64,000 nt of DNA from Eledone cirrhosa (lineage: Eukaryota): positions 295,616,001 to 295,680,000 of the forward strand of contig OZ024741.1 in the NCBI GenBank assembly GCA_964016885.1, read 5' to 3'. The translations under genes were made by a program, and so were the position numbers. Under the pieces are notes generated by a model. That model did no database searches. It was not told where the DNA came from and was given only the letters and a program-made list of their open reading frames with translations. Position 1 is the stretch's first letter, and each line of letters opens with the position of its first letter. Below are positions 41,001 through 55,630 of the stretch, piece after piece.

Positions 41001-44000
41001 GTAGGAGTTATTGGTAGGATGGGAGTACATTGTAGTTGTAGGAGTTATTGGGAAGATGGGAGAACATTGTAGTTGTAGGAGTTATTGGGAAGATGGGAGA
41101 GACCATTGTAGTTGTAGGAGTTATTGGGAAGATGGGAGAACATTGTAGTTGTAGGAGTTATTGGTAGGATGGGAGTACATTTGTAGTTGTAGGAGTTATT
41201 GGTAGGATGGGAGTACATTGTAGTTGTAGGAGTTATTGGGAAGATGGGAGTACATTGTAGTTGTAGGAGTTATTGGTAGGATGGGAGTACATTGTAGTTG
41301 TAGGAGTCATTGGTAGGATGGGAGTACATTGTAGTTGTAGGAGTTATTGGTAGGATGGGAGTACATTGTAGTTGTAGGAGTTATTGGTAGGATGGGAGTA
41401 CATTGTAGTTGTAGGAGTCATTGGTAGGATGGGAGACCATTGTAGTTGTAGGAGTTATTGGTAAGATGGGAGTACATTGTAGTTGTAGGAGTTATTGGTA
41501 GGATGGGAGACCATTGTAGTTGTAGGAGTTATTGGTAAGATGGGAGTACATTGTAGTTGTAGGAGTTATTGGGAAGATGGGAGTACATTGTAGTTGTAGG
41601 AGTTATTGGGAAGATGGGAGAACATTGTAGTTGTAGGAGTTATTGTTAAGATGGGAGTACATTGTAGTTGTAGGAGTTATTGGAAGATGGGAGTACATTG
41701 TAGTTTGTAGGAGTTATTGGGAAGATGGGAGTACATTGTAGTTGTAGGAGTTATTGGTAGGATGGGAGTACATTGTAGTTGTAGGAGTTATTGGGAAGAT
41801 GGAGTACATTGTAGTTGTAGGAGTTATTGGGAAGATGGGAGTACATTGTAGTTGTAGGAGTTATTGGAAGATGGAGTACATTGTAGTTGTAGGAGTTATT
41901 GGGAAGATGGGAGACCATTGTAGTTGTAGGAGTTATTGGGAAGATGGGAGTACATTGTAGTTGTAGGAGTTATTGGAAGATGGGAGAACATTGTAGTTGT
42001 AGGAGTTATTGGGAAGATGGGAGAACATTGTAGTTGTAGGAGTTATTGGTAAGATGGGAGTACATTGTAGTTGTAGGAGTTATTGGGAAGATGGGAGAAC
42101 ATTGTAGTTGTAGGAGTTATTGGGAAGATGGGAGTACATTGTAGTTGTAGGAGTTATTGGGAAGATGGGAGAACATTGTAGTTGTAGGAGTTATTGGGAA
42201 GATGGGAGTACATTGTAGTTGTAGGAGTTATTGGGAAGATGGGAGAACATTGTAGTTGTAGGAGTTATTGGGAAGATGGGAGTACATTGTAGTTGTAGGA
42301 GTTATTGGGAGATGGGAGAACATTGTAGTTGTAGGAGTTATTGGTAGGATGGGAGTACATTGTAGTTGTAGGAGTTATTGGTAGGATGGGAGTACATTGT
42401 AGTTGTAGGAGTTATTGGTAGGATGGGAGTACATTGTAGTTGTAGGAGTTATGGTAAGATGGGAGTACATTGTAGTTGTAGGAGTTATTGGTAGGATGGG
42501 AGTACATTGTAGTTGTAGGAGTTATTGGTAGGATGGGAGAACATTGTAGTTGTAGGAGTTATTGGGAAGATGGGAGAACATTGTAGTTGTAGGAGTTATT
42601 GGGAAGATGGGAGTACATTGTAGTTGTAGGAGTTATTGGGAAGATGGGAGTACATTGTAGTTGTAGGAGTTATTGGGAAGATGGGAGTACATTGTAGTTG
42701 TAGGAGTTATTGGGAAGATGGGAGTACATTGTAGTTGTAGGAGTTATTGGGAAGATGGAGAGAACATTGTAGTTGTAGGAGTTATTGGGAAGATGGGAGT
42801 ACATTGTAGTTGTAGGAGTTATTGGGAGATGGGAGTACATTGTAGTTGTAGGAGTTATTGGGAAGATGGGAGTACATTGTAGTTGTAGGAGTTATTGGGA
42901 AGATGGGAGTACATTGTAGTTGTAGGAGTTATTGGGAAGATGGGAGAACATTGTAGTTGTAGGAGTTATTGGGAAGATGGGAGTACATTGTAGTTGTAGG
43001 AGTTATTGGGAAGATGGGAGAACATTGTAGTTGTAGGAGTTATTGGGAAGATGGGGAGTACATTGTAGTTGTAGGAGTTATTGGGAAGATGGGAGAACAT
43101 TGTAGTTGTAGGAGTTATTGGGAAGATGGGAGTACATTGTAGTTGTAGGAGTTATTGGGAAGATGGGAGAACATTGTAGTTGTAGGAGTTATTGGTAGGA
43201 TGGGAGTACATTGTAGTTGTAGGAGTTATTGGTAGGATGGGAGTACATTGTAGTTGTAGGAGTTATTGGTAGGATGGGAGTACATTGTAGTTGTAGGAGT
43301 TATTGGTAAGATGGGAGTACATTGTAGTTGTAGGAGTTATTGGTAGGATGGGAGTACATTGTAGTTGTAGGAGTTATTGGAAGGATGGGAGAACATTGTA
43401 GTTGTAGGAGTTATTGGGAAGATGGGAGAACATTGTAGTTGTAGGAGTTATTGGGAAGATGGGAGTACATTGTAGTTGTAGGAGTTATTGGGAAGATGGG
43501 AGTACATTGTAGTTGTAGGAGTTATTGGGAAGATGGGAGTACATTGTAGTTGTAGGAGTTATTGGGAAGATGGGAGTACATTGTAGTTGTAGGAGTTATT
43601 GGGAAGATGGGAGAACATTGTAGTTGTAGGAGTTATTGGGAAGATGGGAGTACATTGTAGTTGTAGGAGTTATTGGGAAGATGGGAGTACATTGTAGTTG
43701 TAGGAGTTATTGGGAAGATGGGAGTACATTGTAGTTGTAGGAGTTATTGGGAAGATGGGAGTACATTGTAGTTGTAGGAGTTATTGGGAAGATGGGAGTA
43801 CATTGTAGTTGTAGGAGTTATTGGGTAGGATGGGAGTACATTGTAGTTGTAGGAGTTATTGGTAGGATGGGAGTACATTGTAGTTGTAGGAGTTATTGGT
43901 AAGATGGGAAGTACATTGTAGTTGTAGGAGTTATTGGTAGGATGGAGTACATTGTAGTTGTAGGAGTTATTGGTAGGATGGGAGAACATTGTAGTTGTAG

Positions 44001-47000
44001 GAGTTATTGGGAAGATGGGAGTACATTGTAGTTGTAGGAGTTATTGGGAGATGGGAGTACATTGTAGTTGTAGGAGTTATTGGAAGATGGGAGTACATTG
44101 TAGTTGTAGGAGTTATTGGGAAGATGGGAGTACATTGTAGTTGTAGGAGTTATTGGTAGGATGGGAGTACATTGTAGTTGTAGGAGTTATTGGGAAGATG
44201 GGAGTACATTGTAGTTGTAGGAGTTATTGGGAAGATGGGAGTACATTGTAGTTGTAGGAGTTATTGGAAGATGGGAGTACATGTAGAACATTGTAGTTGT
44301 AGGAGTTATTGGTAGGATGGGAGAACATTGTAGTTGTAGGAGTTATTGGGAAGATGGGAGAACATTGTAGTTGTAGGAGTTATTGGGAAGATGGGAGTAC
44401 ATTGTAGTTGTAGGAGTTATTGGGAAGATGGGAGTACATTGTAGTTGTAGGAGTTATTGGGAAGATGGGAGTACATTGTAGTTGTAGGAGTTATTGGTAA
44501 GATGGGAGTACATTGTAGTTGTAGGAGTTATTGGGAAGATGGGAGTACATTGTAGTTGTAGGAGTTATTGGTAGGATGGGAGAACATTGTAGTTGTAGGA
44601 GTTATTGGTAGGATGGGAGTACATTGTAGTTGTAGGAGTTATTGGGAAGATGGGAGAACATTGTAGTTGTAGGAGTTATTGGGAAGATGGAGAACATTGT
44701 AGTTGTAGGAGTTATTGGGAAGATGGGAGAACATTGTAGTTGTAGGAGTTATTGGGAAGATGGGAGTACATTGTAGTTGTAGGAGTTATTGGGAAGAGGG
44801 GAGAACATTGTAGTTGTAGGAGTTATTGGTAAGATGGGAGTACATTGTAGTTGTAGGAGTTATTGGGAAGATGGGAGTACATTGTAGTTGTAGGAGTTAT
44901 TGGGAAGATGGGAGAACATTGTAGTTGTAGGAGTTATTGGGAAGATGGGAGAACATTGTAGTTGTAGGAGTTATTGGGAAGATGGGAGTACATTGTAGTT
45001 GTAGGAGTTATTGGGAAGATGGGAGAACATTGTAGTTGTAGGAGTTATTGGTAAGATGGGAGAACATTGTAGTTGTAGGAGTTATTGTAAGATGGGAGTA
45101 CATTGTAGTTGTAGGAGTTATTGGTAGGATGGGAGAACATTGTAGTTGTAGGAGTTATTGGGAAGATGGGAGTACATTTGTAGTTGTAGGAGTTATTGGT
45201 AGGATGGGAGAACATTGTAGTTGTAGGAGTTATTGTTAAGATGGGAGTACATTGTAGTTGTAGGAGTTATTGGGAAGATGGAGAACATTGTAGTTGTAGG
45301 AGTTATTGGAAGATGGGAGAACATTGTAGTTGTAGGAGTTATTGGGAAGATGGGAGTACATTGTAGTTGTAGGAGTTATTGGTAAGATGGGAGTACATTG
45401 TAGTTGTAGGAGTTATTGGTAAGATGGGAGTACATTGTAGTATTTGGAGTTATTGGGAAGATGGGAGTACATTGTAGTTGTAGGAGTTATTGGTAGGATG
45501 GGAGAACATTGTAGTTGTAGGAGTTATTGGGAAGATGGGAGAACATTGTAGTTGTAGGAGTTATTGGTAAGATGGGAGAACATTGTAGTTGTAGGAGTTA
45601 TTGGTAAGATGGGAGACATTGTAGTTGTAGGAGTTATTGGGAAGATGGGAGTACATTGTAGTTGTAGGAGTTATTGGGAAGATGGAGAACATTGTAGTTG
45701 TAGGAGTTATTGGGAAGATGGGAGAACATTGTAGTTGTAGGAGTTATTGGTAGGATGGGAGAACATTGTAGTTGTAGGAGTTATTGGGAAGATGGGAGTA
45801 CATTGTAGTTGTAGGAGTTATTGGGAAGATGGGAGAACATTGTAGTTGTAGGAGTTATTGGGAAGATGGGAGTACATTGTAGTTGTAGGAGTTATTGGTA
45901 GGATGGGAGAACATTGTAGTTGTAGGAGTTATTGGAAGATGGGAGAACATTGTAGTTGTAGGAGTTATTGTTAAGATGGGAGAACATTGTAGTTGTAGGA
46001 GTTATTGGGAAGATGGGAGTACATTGTAGTTGTAGGAGTTATTGGGAAGATGGGAGAACATTGTAGTTGTAGGAGTTATTGGTAGGATGGGAGAACATTG
46101 TAGTTGTAGGAGTTATTGGTAGGATGGGAGTACATTGTAGTTGTAGGAGTTATTGGGAAGATGGGAGAACATTGTAGTTGTAGGAGTTATTGTTAAGATG
46201 GGAGAACATTGTAGTTGTAGGAGTTATTGGGAAGATGGGAGTACATTGTAGTTGTAGGAGTTATTGGGAAGATGGGAGAACATTGTAGTTGTAGGAGTTA
46301 TTGGTAGGATGGGAGAACATTGTAGTTGTAGGAGTTATTGGTAGGATGGGAGTACATTGTAGTTGTAGGAGTTATTGGGAAGATGGGAGAACATTGTAGT
46401 TGTAGGAGTTATTGGGAAGATGGGAGTACATTGTAGTTGTAGGAGTTATTGGTAGGATGGGAGAACATTGTAGTTGTAGGAGTTATTGGTAGGATGGGAG
46501 AACATTGTAGTTGTAGGAGTTATTGGGAAGATGGGAGAACATTGTAGTTGTAGGAGTTATTGGGAAGATGGGAGTACATTGTAGTTGTAGGAGTTATTGG
46601 GAAGATGGGAGTACATTGTAGTTGTAGGAGTTATTGGGAAGATGGGAGAACATTGTAGTTGTAGGAGTTATTGTTAAGATGGGAGAACATTGTAGTTGTA
46701 GGAGTTATTGGGAAGATGGGAGTACATTGTAGTTGTAGGAGTTATTGGGAAGATGGGAGAACATTGTAGTTGTAGGAGTTATTGGTAGGATGGGAGAACA
46801 TTGTAGTTGTAGGAGTTATTGGTAGGATGGGAGTACATTGTAGTTGTAGGAGTTATTGGGAAGATGGGAGAACATTGTAGTTGTAGGAGTTATTGGGAAG
46901 ATGGGAGTACATTGTAGTTGTAGGAGTTATTGGGAAGATGGGAGTACATTGTAGTTGTAGGAGTTATTGGGAAGATGGGAGTACATTGTAGTTGTAGGAG

Positions 47001-49649
47001 TTATTGGTAGGATGGGAGTACATTGTAGTTGTAGGAGTTATTGGTAGGATGGGAGTACATTGTAGTTGTAGGAGTTATTGGGAAGATGGGAGAACATTGT
47101 AGTTGTAGGAGTTATTGGGAAGATGGGAGTACATTGTAGTTGTAGGAGTTATTGGGAAGATGGGAGTACATTGTAGTTGTAGGAGTTATTGGTAGGATGG
47201 GAGTACATTGTAGTTGTAGGAGTTATTGGGAAGATGGGAGAACATTGTAGTTGTAGGAGTTATTGGGAAGATGGGAGAACATTGTAGTTGTAGGAGTTAT
47301 TGTTAAGATGGGAGTACATTGTAGTTGTAGGAGTTATTGGGAAGATGGGAGTACATTGTAGTTGTAGGAGTTATTGGGAAGATGGGAGTACATTGTAGTT
47401 GTAGGAGTTATTGGGAAGATGGGAGTACATTGTAGTTGTAGGAGTTATTGGTAAGATGGGAGTACATTGTAGTTGTAGGAGTTATTGGTAGGATGGGAGT
47501 ACATTGTAGTTGTAGGAGTTATTGGGAAGATGGGAGAACATTGTAGTTGTAGGAGTTATTGGGAAGATGGGAGAACATTGTAGTTGTAGGAGTTATTGTT
47601 AAGATGGGAGTACATTGTAGTTGTAGGAGTTATTGGGAAGATGGGAGTACATTGTAGTTGTAGGAGTTATTGGGAAGATGGGAGTACATTGTAGTTGTAG
47701 GAGTTATTGGGAAGATGGGAGTACATTGTAGTTGTAGGAGTTATTGGGAAGATGGGAGAACATTGTAGTTGTAGGAGTTATTGGGAAGATGGGAGAACAT
47801 TGTAGTTGTAGGAGTTATTGGGAAGATGGGAGTACATTGTAGTTGTAGGAGTTATTGGGAAGATGGGAGAACATTGTAGTTGTAGGAGTTATTGGGAAGA
47901 TGGGAGTACATTGTAGTTGTAGGAGTTATTGGGAAGATGGGAGAACATTGTAGTTGTAGGAGTTATTGGGAAGATGGGAGTACATTGTAGTTGTAGGAGT
48001 TATTGGGAAGATGGGAGTACATTGTAGTTGTAGGAGTTATTGGGAAGATGGGAGTACATTGTAGTTGTAGGAGTTATTGGGAAGATGGGAGTACATTGTA
48101 GTTGTAGGAGTTATTGGTAGGATGGGAGTACATTGTAGTTGTAGGAGTTATTGGTAAGATGGGAGAACATTGTAGTTGTAGGAGTTATTGGGAAGATGGG
48201 AGAACATTGTAGTTGTAGGAGTTATTGGGAAGATGGGAGTACATTGTAGTTGTAGGAGTTATTGGGAAGATGGGAGAACATTGTAGTTGTAGGAGTTATT
48301 GGGAAGATGGGAGAACATTGTAGTTGTAGGAGTTATTGGGAAGATGGGAGTACATTGTAGTTGTAGGAGTTATTGGTAAGATGGGAGAACATTGTAGTTG
48401 TAGGAGTTATTGGGAAGATGGGAGAACATTGTAGTTGTAGGAGTTATTGGGAAGATGGGAGTACATTGTAGTTGTAGGAGTTATTGGGAAGATGGGAGTA
48501 CATTGTAGTTGTAGGAGTTATTGGGAAGATGGGAGAACATTGTAGTTGTAGGAGTTATTGGGAAGATGGGAGAACATTGTAGTTGTAGGAGTTATTGGGA
48601 AGATGGGAGTACATTGTAGTTGTAGGAGTTATTGGTAGGATGGGAGTACATTGTAGTTGTAGGAGTTATTGGGAAGATGGGAGTACATTGTAGTTGTAGG
48701 AGTTATTGGTAGGATGGGAGTACATTGTAGTTGTAGGAGTTATTGGGAAGATGGGAGTACATTGTAGTTGTAGGAGTTATTGGGAAGATGGGAGTACATT
48801 GTAGTTGTAGGAGTTATTGGGAAGATGGGAGAACATTGTAGTTGTAGGAGTTATTGGGAAGATGGGAGTACATTGTAGTTGTAGGAGTTATTGGGAAGAT
48901 GGGAGAACATTGTAGTTGTAGGAGTTATTGGGAAGATGGGAGTACATTGTAGTTGTAGGAGTTATTGGGAAGATGGGAGTACATTGTAGTTGTAGGAGTT
49001 ATTGGGAAGATGGGAGAACATTGTAGTTGTAGGAGTTATTGGGAAGATGGGAGTACATTGTAGTTGTAGGAGTTATTGGGAAGATGGGAGAACATTGTAG
49101 TTGTAGGAGTTATTGGGAAGATGGGAGTACATTGTAGTTGTAGGAGTTATTGGGAAGATGGGAGTACATTGTAGTTGTAGGAGTTATTGGGAAGATGGGA
49201 GAACATTGTAGTTGTAGGAGTTATTGGGAAGATGGGAGTACATTGTAGTTGTAGGAGTTATTGGGAAGATGGGAGAACATTGTAGTTGTAGGAGTTATTG
49301 GGAAGATGGGAGTACATTGTAGTTGTAGGAGTTATTGGGAAGATGGGAGTACATTGTAGTTGTAGGAGTTATTGGGAAGATGGGAGAACATTGTAGTTGT
49401 AGGAGTTATTGGGAAGATGGGAGTACATTGTAGTTGTAGGAGTTATTGGGAAGATGGGAGAACATTGTAGTTGTAGGAGTTATTGGGAAGATGGGAGAAC
49501 ATTGTAGTTGTAGGAGTTATTGGGAAGATGGGAGTACATTGTAGTTGTAGGAGTTATTGGGAAGATGGGAGTACATTGTAGTTGTAGGAGTTATTGGGAA
49601 GATGGGAGTACATTGTAGTTGTAGGAGTTATTGGGAAGATGGGAGAACA
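20051..49649. repeat. 37-bp satellite array, roughly 800 copies
   Basis: Unit gggaagatgggagtacattgtagttgtaggagttatt with a few recurrent variants. Confidence 0.97.
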
Positions 49650-50729
49650 CCAGAAGGAAAAAAGTGCTCTCCAATACATTTGGAAGATGGTAAATATTAA
49701 TGCAGAATGTCATATCAAATATTAAATGAGATTGAATTTTAAGGATATTTCATAAGATTAAAGGTCAAATATATAAATTATTTCAAAATATGTTTTAAAT
49801 TTGATAACACAAAGCATTTGCTTGACCTTTATGGAACATATTGTGATCATGATCCTATATAAAGGGTGGTAAGCTGTAATTGGTCTTTCCATACATAAAT
49901 CTGCTATTGACACAGGCATGGGTGAGTGGTTAAGAAGTTTGCTTCACAATTTTGGGCAAGTACCTTTACCATTGCATATTTGGTTTGACCCAAGCATTGT
50001 GAGTGAAACTTGTGAACATTTGTTGAAACTGTGTGAAAATTTGTTGAATGACATGTACTTGTAATTCAATGGTCAAGTTTTGACACGTTAATTCATCTTG
50101 AGAATTACATTTAAGGTATGTGTCCATGGAACATTTGTCTACTTACTCATTAACTTAGCATTTAACATCCTGTACCACATGAAACAACATTACCAAGACA
50201 TTCTTGAAAAGTAGAAAACAACACCATGACTGCTTCACATTAACAATTTTCACTTCTTCATTAATAAAGATAATATACAGATTTGAATTAATAAACCCAT
50301 TTAAAAATATTTTCTGAAAAATCAATATAGGATGTTAATGAGTTAGACATTCAGTTGATCACAATGGAAACCAATGGAGAATCCATCACATAAATTTCCT
50401 AGTCACCTACTTTCCTGAGAGCCAAGTGCCCTCTATTTGAGAATCACTACCCAAAACATTAGTTTCAATTCGTGGTCAAAAAGTATGGAAACCTATTACA
50501 TATTTGCTTTAGTTTTAAAATGTTCCATACTGCTTCAACTTACTTGACTGTTCATGATCAGTGGTATTTTGTTGTTGTTTAATCCCATTTAAGTCATAAC
50601 ACACAGTCTCACAGTCAAAGGTATTTCAGCCATGATCATATTTTCCTTTTAGGTAATATAGTACATACATGATCCAATGTTTCTGTTCCTTATTTAAGAT
50701 TAGTTAAAGTTTGTTCTGAGACCAAGGTT

Positions 50730-50985
50730 AATCAGGCCAATGCTTATTCCCAGTTTCCTTGATATTAAATGACTGAGAACACATGATACTTTCTGGGCAG
50801 GATGTTATTATATTGCAGGTTTAACTCCCCAGCTACTGTTGGTATTCATCACAGCTGAGTGTACAGGAGCAACATTAAATAAAGAGTTTTGTTCAAGAAC
50901 ACAACCCAGCAGCCTGTCCAGGAATCGAACTGAATCATTATGATCCTACATCAAGCATCCTAAGCATTAGGCAATGCACCTTCAC
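50730..50985 (-). mobile_element. SINE (second family)
   Basis: cagctgagtg..ggagcaacat.aaataaag...caagaacacaac...ccaggaatcgaac (B box on minus strand). Confidence 0.7.
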
Positions 50986-51136
50986 ATTAGATACACAATG
51001 ACTGAATACAAAAATAGACAGAATAATCTTTGACAAGATTCCAGACCTGTTTGGTTACTGAGTGGGGTTGAACTCATCTAGTTAATCTTTTCATTGCTGA
51101 CACAATCTCCCGTTCACAACACCTGGCAGAAAAATA

Positions 51137-51472
51137 TCACCATCATCATCATCACCATTTAACATCCATTTTTCCACACAAGCATGGGTTAGACAAGTTG
51201 TCCTGTTGGGAACAATGCCAGATCAGGGGACCATGTTTCGCTCATACAGAACTGATTTGGGCTTGGTTTCTACAGCTGGATGCCCTTCCTAATGTCAACC
51301 TCATTTACAGTGAGTACTGGGTGTTTTTTGTCATGTCACTATCATGACCACTTTAGTGTGGGTTGGGCGCTTTTTGTCATGACACCCTCACGACCACTTT
51401 ACAGAATGGGCTGGAGGCTTCCCTGGGTGTATGCTTCAGCCTGTCCTCATGGGAAATCTACGGGAGGGTGGG
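51137..51472 (-). mobile_element. RTE-type 3' tail
   Basis: (CAT)n, ttttcc..agcatgggtt, ggtttctacagctggatgcccttcctaatg; matches 2103-2420. Confidence 0.75.
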
Positions 51473-52095
51473 GCAACACATTTTTAACTGACAAACACCA
51501 AGTCAGTAATAGCCCAGCTCTTTAGCTACTCAACCCCCAAACCTCCACATTGTTAGAAAATATTTCAGTTTCTAGATAGATTTCTATTTCTACGAAAAAA
51601 TTCCATCATTAAGTTATCAATATTAAATCGTTTCATAGAAGAGGATTCTTTTCAAAGAAGTGTCATTGTTACAGAATAGCAATGACACCAACTTTTAAAA
51701 TGTGATCACCTGAATTAAAAGACTTTCTAAACACTGAAACAACTATTAAAATTATGACAGCTTTGCAATGAAATAATACATTAGAGTATGAGGAAATGTC
51801 TTAATATTTTATCAACATTTCAATCAAGCTATGTCTGGCCCCTGTAAAACCAAGATGTTTTCTTTATACAAACTCACACACACAGAACAAATATGTTCAT
51901 ACACATGACACATATAGACACAGGCACTTACATATATATGCACACACTCTCTTTTTTTTCTGTATTTCTCAAAATCTCTTCATCTCTCTCTTTCTCTCTC
52001 TCCCTCTCTCCCTCCCCAAGAGAGCCATAACAAAACTCCTTATCATAGCCTCTACTTTCCCACACTCTCTCTCTCTATTTCTTTTATCTCTCTCC

Positions 52096-52164
<69 letters not shown>

Positions 52165-52167
<3 letters not shown>

Positions 52168-52386
52168 AATAAATTATCGAGAATCGGAACTTCGGCCCAC
52201 GAAATAACGAAAAAACAATTTTCGAAATGTGCGGCAAAGTGCTCAATGGTTCGGATAAACCAGAGCTATAACTAACGTTTAACACCAACACACTGAGACG
52301 ATGCTTAAACAATCATTCGCACAGCCAAAAATACGACCAAGAAAATTCGGGTCAAACAAATAAAAATATATATGAATGAAAAATTG
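52165..52386 (+). mobile_element. Unclassified repeat starting at (TA)n
   Basis: Diverged homolog of 60724-60945 (gagaatcg...cagagcta...acacactgagacgatg...aattcgggtcaaacaaataaaaa). Confidence 0.65.
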
Positions 52387-52752
52387 AATATATATACATA
52401 TATATATCCCTATATATCCCCATATCTATCTATTCTCTCCTAATTTCTCGCTCTCCTTCTTCCTTCTCTCTCTCTCTCTTTCTCTCTCTCTCTCAGATAC
52501 ACCAATACATTATTCACACTTTAAATTGATCAACGAAAGTCTACTCATTAATCTTCTATGGCTTGCCAAATTGTTGTGGTTATTGAATCACAGTATTATT
52601 CCTCTCCTTCCTCATCTTTACCACCTTCGTCTCTCATCTCTTCTCTTCCCATCTTCACATAGATACAAAAGCATAACATTTACTGGGTTGTTAACTTCCA
52701 CAAAAGGCTGGAGTGTGCTTCAATTGAATTTTGACACTTATTTAACTTTTAA

Positions 52753-52947
52753 CCCTTTTGATAGCAAACCACTCGAAACTACCCCTGGTTTGATGACACA
52801 AAACTATTTGTCATAATTTTAATTAAGAACTAGCTTAATAATTAGTAACTTAGTTATATTACTAAATCTTTCAAATTCTTGATTATTTTCAAAATTATTT
52901 GAAAATCATTGGCAGTGTCTTTTATTAGAAATATGGTAATGAAAGGA
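52753..52947. mobile_element. piggyBac-like MITE
   Basis: TTAA|CCCTTT ... AAAGGA|TTAA; reverse-related to 55403-55630. Confidence 0.55.
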
Positions 52948-52951
52948 TTAA

Positions 52952-53142
52952 TAATTGTTTCTACTATTGGCACAAGGCCAGCAATTACCCAGTACATTAC
53001 TGGTACTTTATTTTATCGACCCCGTAAGGATGAAAAGCAAAGTTAACCTCAGCGGGATTTGAACTCAGAATGACAAGGGCCGTAACTCTATGCGTCAAAG
53101 CATGGCGGCCGACCCTCTACCGATACTGCCAATTCACCGCCC
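52952..53142 (-). mobile_element. Full-length tRNA-derived SINE
   Basis: Minus head GGGCGGTGAATTGGCAGTATCGGTAGAGGG, B box GAGTTCAAATCCC. Confidence 0.85.
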
Positions 53143-54007
53143 TTAATAATGTCTAACATAGCAAAGTTATATCTAGGGAAAGGTATGTTGTACAATATTG
53201 TCATAATGGATTGCTGGGTGATTGAGGAAGAGGGAAGGAAACAGCTTACATTTTGATATACCAGTATATATGAGTTCTTGGAACTCAACTTTGCCTTTCA
53301 TCCTTTCGAGGTCGATATAAAAAGTACCAGTCTAGTACTGGGGTCGATTCTTCCTCTATATCTCTTTCTCATTTCCTCTCTCTCACTTTCTATCTTTCTC
53401 TGGAAGACATCTGCTGTACTTATGTCTGGAGAGGGATGGGCTCTGCCATGCTTAAAATGCCCAAGTATGTCAATACATCACCCCTACGACTATCAGGAGT
53501 TATGGGATCAGCAACCTTCTAATAAAACACTATTTTCTACACTTTACACAATACTTTAACCTCTTCAGTACCATAGATGAGATAACTCATCCTAACATGT
53601 TTGAACTCTTTTCCAACATTTCATAATTTCAAAGTTATGAACCCATTTCCAAAGAACTGACATGGGATAGAATTTGAATGACTGGAGACTATGTACTATA
53701 TATACTTACATATGTAAATAAGACCGTTATTGCTCCAATCAGTCCACAAAACACTGAGCGAACACCCTAAACTGAACACCAACTTGCACTCATGACTCCT
53801 GCTAAACCAGCCTGCAACCCACCCTCCAAATTTGCCAAACTGAATGCAAACCCCCCACCTTCCCAACTTGGCAAACCAAACACAGATTGCAACAGCCACA
53901 GAATGTGGAAGACAGATGTTATCAAGCTGCAGCTATCATATTACTCAGTTTCTATATAATAAAGCTAATAAAACTATTATCTGCAGCAACTATGACCCCA
54001 TTACGTA

Positions 54008-54218
54008 ATAGGCAGAATCATTAGAGTATCGGACACCATGCTTTGCAGCATAGAGTTACGGCCCTTTACGTTTTAAGTTTAAATCTTGCCGAGGTTAGCT
54101 TTGCCTTTCATCCTTACGGGGACGATAAAATAAAGCACCAGTGATGCACTGGGGTCGATTTAGTCGACTTTCCTCTCCCCTAGAAATGTTGGCTTTGTGC
54201 CTATATTAGAAACCATTA
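54008..54218 (+). mobile_element. tRNA-derived SINE
   Basis: ggcagaatcattagag...gcctttcatccttacggggacgataaaataaagcaccag...tagaaaccatt. Confidence 0.8.
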
Positions 54219-54439
54219 TGTAATAGGCTGTACTCCACCTTTTCCTGTCATCTCACAAATTTAATCCCTCAAACCATCCACCTAGATGTAATTCACATCT
54301 TTCCCCATAAAATAAGATGTGAATAATCTTTCTTCTTTCATTCAGGAAATGAAAATCACATTTCTTCATTAACTTATTCATTTATTAACTTGGTGCATTG
54401 ATGAAAGCAATGTAATATATATTGTATAAAAGGTCACTG

Positions 54440-55148
54440 AACAACAACAACAACAATAACATAATATCAATAGAAACAAAAACAATAGCAGCAACAATAA
54501 CTATAGCAAAAATAACAACAATGGTGGCAATAACAATAGCGACAATAGCAACAATAACAATAACAACAATAACAACAATGATAATTACGACAATAGCAAC
54601 AATAACAATAACAACAATAACAATAATAATAAAAACGACAATAGCAACAATAGCAGTAACAACAATAGCAACAATAACAATAGCAACAATAACAATAACA
54701 AAAATAGCACCAATAATAATAGCACCAATAAAAACAATAGCAACAATAACAGCAATAGAAACAATAACTACAATAGCAACAATAACTACAAAAGCATATA
54801 ACAATAACTACAAAAACTATAATGACAATAAACAATAGCAACAACAAACAATAGTAACAATAATAACTGCAATAGCAACAACAATAACTGCAGTAGAAAC
54901 AACAATAGCAACAGCAACAATAACAACAATAGCAGCAGTTATACTAACAACAGCAACAATAATTGTAGCCACAACAACTGTAACCCCAGCAACAATAGTT
55001 GCCAAACAACAATAGCAATAGCAACAACAACAATAGCAACTGTAGTAACAATAACTGCAGCAACAATAATAATAATAATAAATGTAACAACAATGGCTGT
55101 AGAAACAAGAACAACAACAATAACAATGATATTATCAACGATAATAAC
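54440..55148. repeat. Cryptic (AAC/AAT/AGC)n tract
   Basis: Degenerate trinucleotide repeats adjoining a SINE tail at 55149-55320. Confidence 0.9.
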
Positions 55149-55402
55149 AGTTTCTGATTTAGGCACAAGGCCAACAATTTAGGAGGAGGGGAAAGTCAAT
55201 TATATTGACCCCAGTGTGCTTCTGGTACTTTATTTTATGGACTCCATAAAGATGAAACACAACAAGAGCACCAACAACAATAGCAGCAATAACTGCAGCA
55301 AGATTTGAACTCAGAGCATAAAGGAACATTCCGAAAATACAAGAACAATGGTAACAATAATGTGTCTGCACATAATTCAAAGCAAGTGTACTTTTCATTT
55401 AA

Positions 55403-55630
55403 CCCTTGCATGACTACATTTCTAATGAAATACACTATTTTAATTAATTAATGAAGAATTTTGAGGGATTTACTAAAAGTATTAATTATTTCATTACTCA
55501 GATAGTAACTTAATGTAAGGTTCTTATAAAATCATGCTGGAAGATTTTAATTTAAATTGGAAACCTTTAAAATGGGTGGTTTTATTTTATAGAACTAGAG
55601 TCAGTTTTGGCCAGGTTGGTAATTAAAGGG
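55403..55630. mobile_element. piggyBac-like MITE
   Basis: TTAA|CCCTT ... AAGGG|TTAA. Confidence 0.6.

Noticed and set aside
20051-49649. CRISPR-like array or repetitive protein gene
   Set aside because: There are no unique spacers; the 37-bp unit is not a multiple of 3 and hits stops. The short ORFs arise from indels.
52952-53142. tRNA gene
   Set aside because: A/B boxes are present but with no cloverleaf; it is a multi-copy SINE head.
54385-55177. Thr/Ile- or Cys/Tyr-rich ORFs
   Set aside because: Cryptic trinucleotide repeat attached to a SINE tail.
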